This document shows, piece by piece, positions 52,535-64,000 of a stretch of 64,000 nucleotides of DNA (position 1 is the first letter of the stretch; each line of letters opens with the position of its first letter). This stretch comes from Eledone cirrhosa (taxonomy: Eukaryota). The notes under the pieces are model-generated. The model saw only the letters and a program-made list of their open reading frames with translations, did not search any database and was not told the origin of the DNA. A program made the translations under genes and the position numbers. The stretch is from positions 70,556,001-70,620,000 of the forward strand of contig OZ024746.1 in the NCBI GenBank assembly GCA_964016885.1, given 5' to 3'.

Positions 52535-53020
52535 TGCGGTAGACAGCGGTGGTATGGACATGTGATGCGCATGGAGGATGACCGATGGGTGAAGAAGTGC
52601 CAGGAAATGCCAGTTGAAGGAAGACATGGTAGAGGTAGACCACGAAAAACATGGGCGGAGGTGGTGAGAACAGACCTCAGATCGCTGAAGCTCACGGTGG
52701 AGATGACGAAGGACTGTGACAAGTGAAAAGATGCTGTGCTGAATAAGACCCGTCCCACCCTTGCAAGCAGGGAAAAGCGGACGTAAAATGATAATGATGA
52801 TGATATTATCATCATCATCATCATCATCATTTAATGTCCATCTTCCACGCTATCATGGGTTAGACGGGAGTTATGCCACTTGAGGCAAGGTTGGTCGGGT
52901 GACCGTGTCTCGCCCGTATAGGACTATCTGGCAGGCCTTCTACGGCTGGATGCACTTCCTAACACCAACCACATTTACAGTGTGAACTGGGAATTGTTTA
53001 CCGTGTTACCTACACGTCCA
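52535..53020. mobile_element. Tail-to-tail RTE LINE 3' ends (+ 52535-52803; - 52807-53020)
   Basis: [32 protein letters not shown], then (GAT)n/(ATC)n junction. Confidence 0.85.
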
Positions 53021-53073
53021 AATATATATTTCTATATATATGAGAGTATTGAAATTTGCTTGAAGCATTGTGG

Positions 53074-53112
<39 letters not shown>

Positions 53113-53796
53113 TATATATGTGCTAGCAAGGAAAATGGATGTTAAAAGATGATGATGATGTGTTTGTGGTTGTGTGCCTGTGTCTATGTCTATGTTTACA
53201 TTTTTATCTGTCTGTTTATGTCCTATAATTTAGCAGTTTGACAAAAAGAGATTGATAAAATATGTAGCAGACTTGAAAACACATACTAGGGTCAATATGG
53301 TTGACTAAATCCTTTTAAAGCAGTGCTCTAGCATGGCTGCAATTTAAAGCCCCCCAAAATACTGGGATTGACCTTGGATCCATATGGGTTAAAAGCTTAA
53401 CTTCAAAAACTTTCATTAAACCACTACTTAATCCCTTCATTCCCTTACTTTAATTCTTCATTGACTGCCTACTTTAGGTTTACATTATTTTTCTGTTAAG
53501 ATTTATATGTAGGAGCGTGCCTCTATGCAGTCCCACAAACTGCTAGAAACAAGTCGCCCTCAAATCTCTCCTACACCTCTTAAAAAAGAATTGACGTATT
53601 CGACATATAGTCACAGATACACAAAAAGATAGTATGATCAATGTTGGAACCTTTTTGATCATAGAACTAATCTGGGTTTAGTCACCAGCAAAGATTTATC
53701 ATCTATTCTCATAATATGTTTATTTATATTCATATGTTTGTCTGCATGCATACACCAATCAATGCCTCTAATCATCTATGTTCTCACAATTTTCAG

Positions 53797-53897
53797 AAAG
53801 CTGCAGATTTTGTAAAGATTGGGCTGAAAAACTTATTAACAGTGACCGACACAATGCATTGTGTTTGAAAGTAACTATTGATTCATACAAACTCCAG
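53797..53897 (+). CDS. C17orf75: C17orf75 homolog exon 9 (ESCRFCKDWAEKLINSDRHNALCLKVTIDSYKLQ)
   Basis: RFCKDW resembles human RFCEDW; ttttcAG and CAG|GTAAGA sites, phase 1-0. Confidence 0.9.
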
Positions 53898-54537
53898 GTA
53901 AGAAGAAATTACTTTCAATGGCTTAACTACTTCTTTGTACAATGAAACTTGACACCAGTGGAACAATGTGAAATAAAGTGTCTTGCTCAAAGACATAACG
54001 CATCACCCAGTCTTGGAATCAAACTTACAACCTCGCGATTGTAAGCCCAATGCTTTAAGCACTAAGCCATTCACCTTCACAATGCTAGTGCCTTAATAGA
54101 AAGCACCCTGTCCACCTAGTCAGATGGTAGTGGCTGACAGAACAGATGACGGAGGACTGTGACAAATGGAGATATGCTGTGCTGAAGAGTACCGATCCCA
54201 CCCTTGCAAGCAGGGAAAAGAAGATGTAAAATGATGATGATTATATAATAGACTCTCTTAATTCTCAATTATTTTCAAAAACAACTGAAGCCCATAGGTA
54301 GTATATATTTCATTAGAAATATGATCACAAAAGCTTTAGTTCACAGACTTTCCTATGACATAGTCTATTCTACACTATGAGGATTGACACCAGAAATATA
54401 CAACAAACTATTCTAAATTCTTCTCTATGAAGTATTTTACTCTAATATGGAAATATACAGTATAGAATTATTTAGATCAATGTTACTAAATGTTACTGTT
54501 TGATACTTTGATACTGAACTTTTTCTTTCTTTTCCAG

Positions 54538-54608
54538 TGTATACAGGATATAAATACTCTAAATAGATTCCTAAAACTTGCCGAAAATGACCATTATGCT
54601 CTATATCG
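54538..54608 (+). CDS. C17orf75: C17orf75 homolog exon 10 (CIQDINTLNRFLKLAENDHYALY)
   Basis: Resembles human AIQDTNNLKRFIRQAEMNHYALF; canonical sites, phase 0-2. Confidence 0.92.
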
Positions 54609-55762
54609 GTAAGTTTTCATTGTATCATTTTCATGCTTTACTTTGCTTTTAGGCATTTCAATGTAATGTCGTTCATATTTTGTCAAGGTCATCTTTACCT
54701 TTCATCCTTCCAGGCTCAGTAAAAAAAAATGTACCAATCGATGGTAAAAGCACCCACTCTACTCAGAAAGGTAGTAGCATTGGCACCATGACAAAAAGCA
54801 ATGTCCACCATGTAAAGTGGTAGTGCTGGTGCCATGAAAAAACTCCTGGTTTGTGCTGAAATGTAGTTGGCATCCAACCATAGAAAACCAAGCCCCACAT
54901 GGACCCTATGAGCAAATCATGGTCACCTGACCGCTCTAGCATCATAATGTGACAGCCTATCTAACCCATGCAAGCATAGAAAATAGGCATTAAAAAATAA
55001 TGATGATGTTATTGTTTTTAACATCTGTTTTCCATGCTGTGTTGTATCATCTGTGAAGTCCATCATCCTCAGATCTAATCTAATCTCACTATTTTAAAAA
55101 ATGTCTTCCTTGCATCTCCTCTCTCTTAATCATCTTCTGTAGAACTTTTCCATCCAGTTAGTTCTTAGTACATGTCATAGATGAATGGTAAAGGAGTTCG
55201 CTTCAAGATCATGAGAGTCCAGGTTCAATCCCACTGCGTGGTATCTGGGCAAGTGACTTTACCAAAGTCATGGCTTAACCCAAACCTTGTGAGAGAAATT
55301 AGATTGACAGAAACTGTATAGGAGTCCTGTTGGATAAATAGTAACTGTTATTCAAAAGTCCAACCTTTTCATATATTCTGCCATGCTCATTCAGCTTAGG
55401 AATTACATTAAGTGTACACGTCTGTGGATGACTCAGTTACTTACACGAACAACAGGATGCTCATTGTTAAAATCAACGAAGAATCCATCATTATATGTCA
55501 TACTAGGGCATCTTCTTCTCCTCCTTCCTCGGAAGATCATGGGAGCAAAGTCCTCAGGCACGCTTGGTTTCTTTAATGCTTTGCTACTTTCTTGAGTCAC
55601 TTCTGCACTACATTAACATACAAATTGATGTTATGCTCATTCCTTTCACTCCAGTTTCCACAGATCTTCTGCATTCTATACCTTACTAATCTTACTTCTT
55701 TCTAATAATATATGTATACCGTTGAAAATAAATGCCAATACATATTCTGTTTTGTATTGCAG

Positions 55763-55913
55763 GGCCTATATGTTCCTAAAATATTCTGGCTATAGTAACA
55801 TCCTTCTCAAATACTGTCAGTTGTTAGACTTGAAATCAGATGACCAGGATGTGCTTGCTGTTTTGAAAGAATTCATTCAAGAAAATGATGAAATGTCTCA
55901 GATGATGTCTTAA
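55763..55913 (+). CDS. C17orf75: C17orf75 homolog exon 11, last coding (RAYMFLKYSGYSNILLK...VLAVLKEFIQENDEMSQMMS*)
   Basis: Resembles human YMFLKNCGSGDILLK..VIAVLEEFM; TAA at 55911-55913; summed CDS 1191 nt. Confidence 0.92.
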
Positions 55914-58900
55914 AAAAAAAAGAAAAAATCATAGAAAAACTCCAAATCACATATTGTAAATCAATGTTAATTCCTGTTTTATTTATTTATGGTTTTTATT
56001 TATTTCTGTTGTGTTCCATACTGGTGCCTTGGAGTATCGTAATGAAGTGATGAAGGGAAGGTATTGTTATGTCTTCAGTGATGTTTGTTATTCCTTCTCT
56101 TTTAAGGTCATTGTTAAATTAATATTTACTTCACGTTAATATTCAGTCTTAAATTATTATTTCCAGTCTTAACGATGCACTGTCTTGTTAACAGCCGACA
56201 TTGGTTCGACAGTGTTTAGAGTCAGAGGCACAACTGTGATGGCTGTTCCTACAAAGAACTGGGTTATCGGGTTAAAAAAATGAGCAGTTAAGTTATCTAA
56301 TGAAAGCTTATCAATCAATGTTAAGCATTTGTGTGTATGCATGTTACATTTAGAGAAAGAAGAGGGTTTATGTATATGAGGGTTTTGTTTGTTTGTGTGC
56401 GTGTGTATGTTGGTGTGACCCACATACATATATGTATATATGTACAATGGCTGATGAAACACCAGTTCTTGGCCAAATGCTTATATTAACAGTTATAAAG
56501 TTTATTTTGTGAATATGTGGGTTTTGTTTGTGTGTGTTGGTGTGACCAATTTATATGTCTCTGTGTGTGTATGTATAATGGCTGCAGAAACACCAGTTTT
56601 GGGCCAAATGTTATATTAACAATTATAAAGTTTATTTTGTAAGCTTTATTTTTATGCCATATGAATCATCTGGGTTTTTTATTTAATCTTTTTGCTACAA
56701 AATCTTGATTATCACCTCATCTCTTTGTAATGTAGTATACATCTATATATGTGTCTGTATGTATATAAATGTATATGAGTGTGTGTGTATATATACATGT
56801 ATATATGTGTGTATATATGTATATATATATGTTACTGTGTGTCTGTATATATATATAATGTGCTGCACATTATTATGTGTAAATATAATATAATAATGTG
56901 TAGGTGTGAGTGCATATGTGTGTCTATACACACATATGCACATTATTATATGTAAATGACAATCTTTAAATCTGAAACATGTTAACATTTTCAGAATTGA
57001 AGTGGGAATGGTTTGTCTATATTTTTTAATCTAAATGTGGATATTTCCTTACCTTGAATGAGGGAAATATTTGTAATGTCCTTTGAACAATGCATTATTT
57101 AGCAGCTTTAACTTATGTGTTATTATAATCATTGTTGACGAAATTATATCTACCCCATGTATTTTAGTAGAAAATCATTGCAAGTAATAGAACTATCCAA
57201 TACAGTATGTTTTAAGTGGGGTTTTTTTCATGTGTATTAGATTGGCTTTACCTAATGTAATTAGTTTGGTGGAATTCATAGCCAAACTAATGGGAGCATC
57301 TTTTTAGTAGAAGTTATTAGGGGAAATCGTTCTGACAGGTGAATCCATGTGACACAGTCACACATGAGGCCCCTCTCAAGATAACGTAACCAGCGAGATA
57401 GACAGTTGAAAATGTAGATTGGTATGCTGAAGTTTGATCTTCAGCTAATGTCTGGTCCTTTCATATATGGCATCTGTCATTTGAATCGTGACTGACTGAC
57501 AATATCTGAGCCAGACATATGTGACTGCCATGTATGTTGGACTATATTTAGACCTTGGGAGGCCTGGGGATGTTCTTAGAAGGATCCATGTTTGACAAGG
57601 AGTGCCCAGAGCGTTTGCCTCCTGATAAATCCAGCCTTGCATGCATGGGCAGCCTCAGTTCGCGATGCTGTGGATGCTCTACTCATCCTAAATGTATTTA
57701 TTGAAGCGAGACTCTACTCATCCTGGATATATTGATTGAAGCAAAGCTCTGCCCATCCTGGATGAATGCCTAAACAAAATACATATAATTAGTTCCTTTA
57801 GAAAACAAAGTAGCTTTTTATTTCCAGTTTTTGTTGATTGTTGTCAGTTTATCTGGATAGGACTGATGTTAATGGTCATTAGATTATCCGTTGTTAAATG
57901 ATTGCCTGGTGCTTTAATCAGAATATTCTTAAATTGAAATATAAATGAATCAATTTACATAAAAATTCCTTGAAAACTTTTAATGAGTTGTTTAAAAAAT
58001 AAGTAAATCTGAGCTTCCAAGAAACGATGCTGAATAAGATATCTGCTGACAACAAAGTTTGACTGTTAAATTTCTTTTCATTTTTTGTTCACATTAAATT
58101 TTCATTACCTTGAAAATTTCCATTTTCAGAGTTTAAACAATGTCAGACAAAATGTGTAAAAGTCAGCTGACTTGTTCATATCTTTTTTTTTCTAAAATTA
58201 CCTTTGTATTAAGGTATAAAAAAAAAGCAAAAAAAAAAAAACATCTGAATTTGACTCTGCTTATTTTATTACTAGAAACTATGCTCAACCAGTGTTGTCT
58301 CAATCTTAACAAAATATTTGTGATCTTTGCACTGTGACCTTTTAGTACTTTCATAAATTGAAGAATCTTTCGTGAATACATTTGGGAAGTAGATTCATAC
58401 TAGGTCTTGAGAAAATAAATTGGATTGTTGGATGGTAAGGAACTGAATGAAATTTAAAAGAAAAATATTAGAATAAAATTGTGAATCTTGACTTCAGGAA
58501 ACTGAGTCTAACTGGCTAATTAAAGGGTAGAATGGAAGTAGGTACTTTTGCTAACAAATCAACTCTTGACTAAAATGGAATGACCTTTGCTGAAATGATG
58601 ACAATGAATCTTCTATATAATAAGACTCTACAAAAATTCATTACTATTGACAAATCATCTCATTCTTTATTGTGGAATAGTATTTGTAAATTCTATTTTG
58701 ATAGTATAATTAGAGTGATAAATTGTATCTAAGTTAATATTCTTGTTAGTCTGGCTTAAATTATTTAGCATTTTTAGGTTTTTCACTTTCAAATATTATT
58801 TATAATTCCAGTAACAGTAATAACACACACAAATATATACATACATACATATATATATGTACGGTTCTTATATATTTGATATATATTTATCCTTATCGAG

Positions 58901-58936
58901 CCCTCTTTGGATTTTAGTCTTCAAATTTATTATTAT

Positions 58937-58982
<46 letters not shown>

Positions 58983-60027
58983 TCCTACCTGTTTGTATTT
59001 ATCGTTGTTGTGGTTATAAACTATGGCCACATATGCCTAATCATTTTATTCATGGTGTCACACTTTCTTAACTTTATGTTTATTCTGGACGAAAATGTAA
59101 TAACTTTTCACACCATCGAGGGCTTTGTGACTGCCTCAAATAATTCAGTATCTACTCTACTGCTGCTACAACTTTGATTTATACTTATTTTATATATATA
59201 TATGGAGGCACATGGCTTAGTGGTTAGAGCATTGGCCTTACAATCGAAAGGTTGTGAGTTCAATTCTCAAACCGGGTGATGTGTTGTTTCCTTGAGCAAG
59301 GCACTTTATTTCACATTGCTCCAGTTTACTGAGCTGTAGAAATGAGATGATAGGGACTGGGGTTCATATCATTCCACTGCAAAGTGGTCGTGGAGGTGCC
59401 ACGGTAAAAAAGCACCCAGCACTCACTGTAAATGAGGTTGGTGTTAGGAAGGGCATCCAGCTGTAGAAATCAAGCCAGAATCAGTTCCCGTCCTACCCTT
59501 GCAAGCAGGGAAAAGCGGACGTAAAATGATGATGATGATGATGATATATATAAAGCTAAGAATAAAAATAGAATACCTCAAAAATATTTTAATTGCATCT
59601 ATCTTAATAGCATCAAATTATATAAATCATTGAGTCCAAATTAAGATATACTTTTACATTAGTAAAACTTAAATTCTGTTCAATTTACAAACCAAAGTAT
59701 TCAGATTGGTTACTTACATATTGTAGGTTAGAAATGTGGCCTATTTTAATTTTTTTTTTTTAATCTTTTGTTCTCAATAAATCATAGAATTTACCAAAGC
59801 ATTCCATTTAACTAGGCTCTTAGAATTGAAGTCTTCGTATTACACAAAGAAATTGTTTGTGCTTTTGTTTTTTAAATTTATTGAATGACTACTTTAAAAT
59901 ATATGCATCCATTAGTTACTGAGATTTCATTACAAAGTTATTGATTTACAGCCAAGAAATTAAAAGAAAGCATCATCAGAATTATTGCCATTTCTAAAAT
60001 TTCAACTTTTAAAACTGATACATCAAT

Positions 60028-60088
<61 letters not shown>

Positions 60089-63000
60089 CCGAAGTTGGAA
60101 AGCCACAACAATGCAGGTTTGGACAAAGTAAAAATCAAAACGCAAAAAGCACAAAAGTAGGGTTTGTTCTTTTTTACCATAATTTATTCATATGACCTGA
60201 TATTTCGAGATTAGTATCTCTTCAATTGAGGAACAAAAAGGAACTATTCCAGTGTCCAATGTGGCTTGCTATACCATGCTGGCCAGAAGTGATTTTAATA
60301 TTTATTTATTTTAAACTCTTTTATGTTAAAATTAAGGTCAAACCTGCATTGTCATGGCTTTCCAACATTGAATACTATATACCATATACAATGCTTCAAG
60401 TAAACTACAAGTTCCTTCTATATAATACATGTATATATATATATATATAATATAGGGAGAGAGAATTATAGTAGTATACAGTTTCCATTAGTGTAATCAA
60501 TTATTTTAGAGTGATTATGTAACAAGAAACTGAAGCCACTTACAGTAGTGTTCTACTCAATGGTCAAATTATTTTGTTTGGTAAATCCTGTGGTAGTTCC
60601 ATTATAAGGTTCCAAATGTAACAATTTACAAAGTATATATAGAAATTTACAAAAATTATTTAAAACACCACATTTCTGTTCAAACCGGTTATAAACAGCT
60701 GATCATACTTATGTTAAGGTATTGTTCTCAAAATAAATAATATCAAAATCTTGTAGATTTGATATTATATGAGATAAAGTGTTTACTTTGAAAATACAAT
60801 AGTAAATATAGAGTAATGTAAATGGTAATGGGTTAATGTATAATCTATGAAGATTAATGGCTATAGGATGATAACACCACAAGAAAACATTTGAAATAAT
60901 CAACAAACATTGTTTATACATAGCTGATCTCTTGCATTTTTATGAAGTATTGAGAGAATAAAGTTAATATAAAGGATGGTGTGCTCATGCACAGAAATTT
61001 TAGCTTATAAAATAGAGGAAGACCCTTAAACACAGAAAAGGAGGTTCTATCAGCTGCTATGGTGGCAATTTTTTTTTTCCATCTTTCAGGCTCTTCACCC
61101 TATTTTATAGCATTTTTGCACATGAAACACTATTCTTAAATTTGAAATTATCTTTATGAAATGATATCTAGTTGTTATTATTATTATTATTATTATTATC
61201 ATCAACAACATCATTATTATTGGTAGTGGATTGGCAGTATTGGTAGAGCATCAGACAACATGCTTTGCGGCATAGTTACGGCCCTTTAAGTTCTGAGTTC
61301 AAATCCCGCCTAAGTTAGCTTTGCCTTTCATCCTTACAGGTTCAATAATATAAAGCACCAGTAAGTACTTGGGTTGATTTAATCAAATTGCCTTGTGCCT
61401 AAAGTAAAAACAATTATTATTATTATTCCTGGTAGTGTTTCTGAAATGAATATTTTAAAACTGTTATTTTTTTTTTTTTTACTTTAACGGTGCTATTACA
61501 GTAATTAACATTGTTTGTTCATTTAACTTGGTTGGAATGGTTTGTAAGTTCTGATTTTATTTTGTCTCGAGATAACAGATTTTTTTTTTTTTTTTTATGC
61601 ATTTATATAAAATGGTTTTCAGTACAGAAATTTCATATTAACATTCAGGTTCTGTACATTTTCAGCACACACAAGTACACATTGAATTAGTATCATGCTT
61701 ATTGATAGCATGAATATAGACTTGTATGTGTATATTATATATATTATATATAATTTACATAAAGCTTGCACTGTGGGACACTGTCTTCATTTCTTGTTAA
61801 CTGAGGAGCACAACAAATTTGGCACCTTCTAAGAGTATCACATCCTCTAATGGTGCTGAGTAGTATTGAAGCTATTAGGGCTTCTTTTGGCCCTCATAAC
61901 ACATTCTCCTCCAGCCACTCCATTTAACCTTGTAGCAACTATTTTAGTTTCACTATTTGCTAAAGAGTTAATCTTTGCTCCCAGCTTTTGTCTTCATATA
62001 TATTTATAATATAACACATTGAAAGGTTTTATGGGAAAAGCCAGGAGTAGACCCCGAGCAAGATGGTTAGATAACATACATGAGATTAGCTGATCTCACT
62101 TAGGGATCCAAGCGGATTAGTTGGAGACTGTTTTCTGATATGACCTACTAGATGGCATGCTTGAGTTCTCTGCCAATTTATTCCTGGGATGGTTATGGGG
62201 GCAAAGAAGAATATGAAATACAATGAAAGTGTGTGGCTTAGTTGTTAGGGTGTTTGGCTCATGATTCTAAAGTCATGAGCTCTATTCCTCGTGACATATT
62301 GTGTCCTTAAGCAAAACAGTTATTCACATTACTCCAGTCCACTCAGATGGAAAAAATGAGTTGTACCTGTAATTCAAATGGCCATAAGTTGAACTGGCTA
62401 TTGCAGACAAAATCAGTACTTTAACAAAGCTACTATCTTCCTAGTCAAGTGAAATGACCACTTCTTCTTCAAACACATTCCATTTTGGTAGGGCTTCTAT
62501 AGTTGGATGCTCTTCCTAATGCCAACCAGTTTATAGAATGTACCAGGTGCATTTTGTACTTGGGTCACATTATCGTGGCACTGAAGTTCAATGTGTTCTT
62601 TATTACTGACCAAATGCCAGCCACTTAATGGGGTGTACCTGGTACCTTTTATAGGGATTATCTTGTTCCAATGGATAATAAGGAGGTGATATAGGTTTGG
62701 GTTGGTGTCAGGAAGGGCATCTGGCTATAGAATAGTGCTTCAAAAGTGTCTTATCCAAGCCATGGTAGCATGAAAAACAGGCATAAAAACAAAGATGTTG
62801 ATATCATGACAACTTTTATTCAAATAACAAATTCATAATCCTTCATACACGTCCACAAAATAAAGGATCATCATTTCAACATCTGCTTTCCCTGCTAGCA
62901 AAGGTTGTACAGGTCTAGATAGACCAAGTCAGGACTGAAGCAGGGCTGCTGATCTCCCAGACAGGCCAGGGATCTGCATCTCATGTTCTACCGAGTGCAC

Positions 63001-64000
63001 ACGAGAGGTTGTCATATCTTTGACATAACTGAAGGGTCCTCCCAACCCTTCGTTTAATAAGCTTTCTATGACTGGATGCATTTCTTATTTATTACCAACC
63101 TCTTTACAGTGTGTATTGGGTGCTTTTATTATATGTAGGTCACCAACACTAGGGAGGCTATCATGTCCTTGACACTACTGAAGAGTCCTCATAAATATAT
63201 AATGTCAATTAAACTGCTGCAGATTGTGCATGAAAAATATAATGGGTGCTAAACAAACAAACAATAAAAACTGCTTTTGTTGCTGCCTTTTCAACTTATT
63301 CTGCTGTATCTTAGAATATATATCAATAGAGTTTTATATATATCCTTGAAACATATCTGCTTGTTGTTGTTTAGCCTTGATTTAACCCTGATCGAGTATA
63401 CCTATAATTAAAGGCATGCCAGGTATGATGAGCCTTTTTTTTTCATTAGAAGGGTATATAGAAATACATTATCTAATGTCTCCTTACCTGTTGGAGAGAC
63501 AGTATGGTTGTATGTACCATTTGAGAGATATTTAGCTGCTCTTTCTAGCAGGTTCAGCCACTACACAGGTGACATGTATCCGATGTTCTCCTCCTGGTGT
63601 CTCATAACCCAAGTTGAAGCCATTTAATTTCTCTTTTGTTAATATTGTTAGAGATGGCATCTTTTAACGTCCTGAACCACACGAAGCAACATTAACAAGT
63701 ACAAAAGATCATTGTGACTGCATCATCTTAAATATTAAAGTCTTTAAATTAATTTACTGCAAATTTCCACAAAAATCTCTCCATTAGTTAAGATATAAAC
63801 ATTTGAATTAACAAACCTGTTTTTAGATATTTTCTGTTAAATCATTGCAACATATTAATACACTAGACTTCATGCTTGTGTGAGAAACATTTGTTATTAT
63901 TGGTGGATTGGCAGTATCGGTAGAGCATCAGACACCATGCTTTGCAGCATAGAGCCATGGCCCTTTACGTTCTGGGTTCAAATCTAGCCAAGGTTAACTT

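Noticed and set aside
56040-56290. Hairpins and GTGATGA suggesting a snoRNA in the 3' region
   Set aside because: No D box (CTGA) or correctly placed H/ACA boxes found.
56380-56640. ~130-bp tandem duplication with GTGAC..TGAT and CTGATGAAAC, resembling SECIS or hammerhead
   Set aside because: No apical AA, no in-frame UGA in the gene, no stem II, and the second copy lacks the motif.
59205-59280. tRNA-like sequences here and at 24480-24557, 32740-32810, 48113-48185
   Set aside because: SINE heads continuing into SINE bodies; no full cloverleaf.

Overview
AT-rich, repeat-dense eukaryotic DNA; the SINE, RTE-LINE and (TA)n content suggests an octopod cephalopod (inferred). Two host genes lie head-to-head. 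One is coding exon 1 of an OPA3 homolog (minus, 10434-10572; the rest appears to lie left of the window). The other is a complete 11-exon Njmu-R1/C17orf75 homolog (plus, 17737-55913, 396 aa in my hand-spliced model), with a U12-type AT-AC intron (23623-25490) and two candidate in-frame mini/microexons in its 22-kb intron. The rest is mostly mobile DNA: RTE LINEs with a PHD-like finger inside the RT, CR1/L2-type LINEs, two CRE-like REL-endonuclease retroelements, a Helitron remnant, a young non-coding LTR element, tRNA-derived SINEs, piggyBac-like MITEs and microsatellites. The most unusual signals are (i) an LTR-element primer-binding site copying 32 nt of tRNA-Trp with A58 read as T, a possible fossil of m1A58 read-through; (ii) hammerhead-ribozyme-like motifs at three loci, including a U3-A8 core variant on both arms of a palindrome; (iii) a 20-23 bp inverted motif bracketing the TE block between the two promoters. 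Family and gene assignments come from recognised motifs and remembered homologs, not database searches. Most ORFs in the track are microsatellite artefacts.
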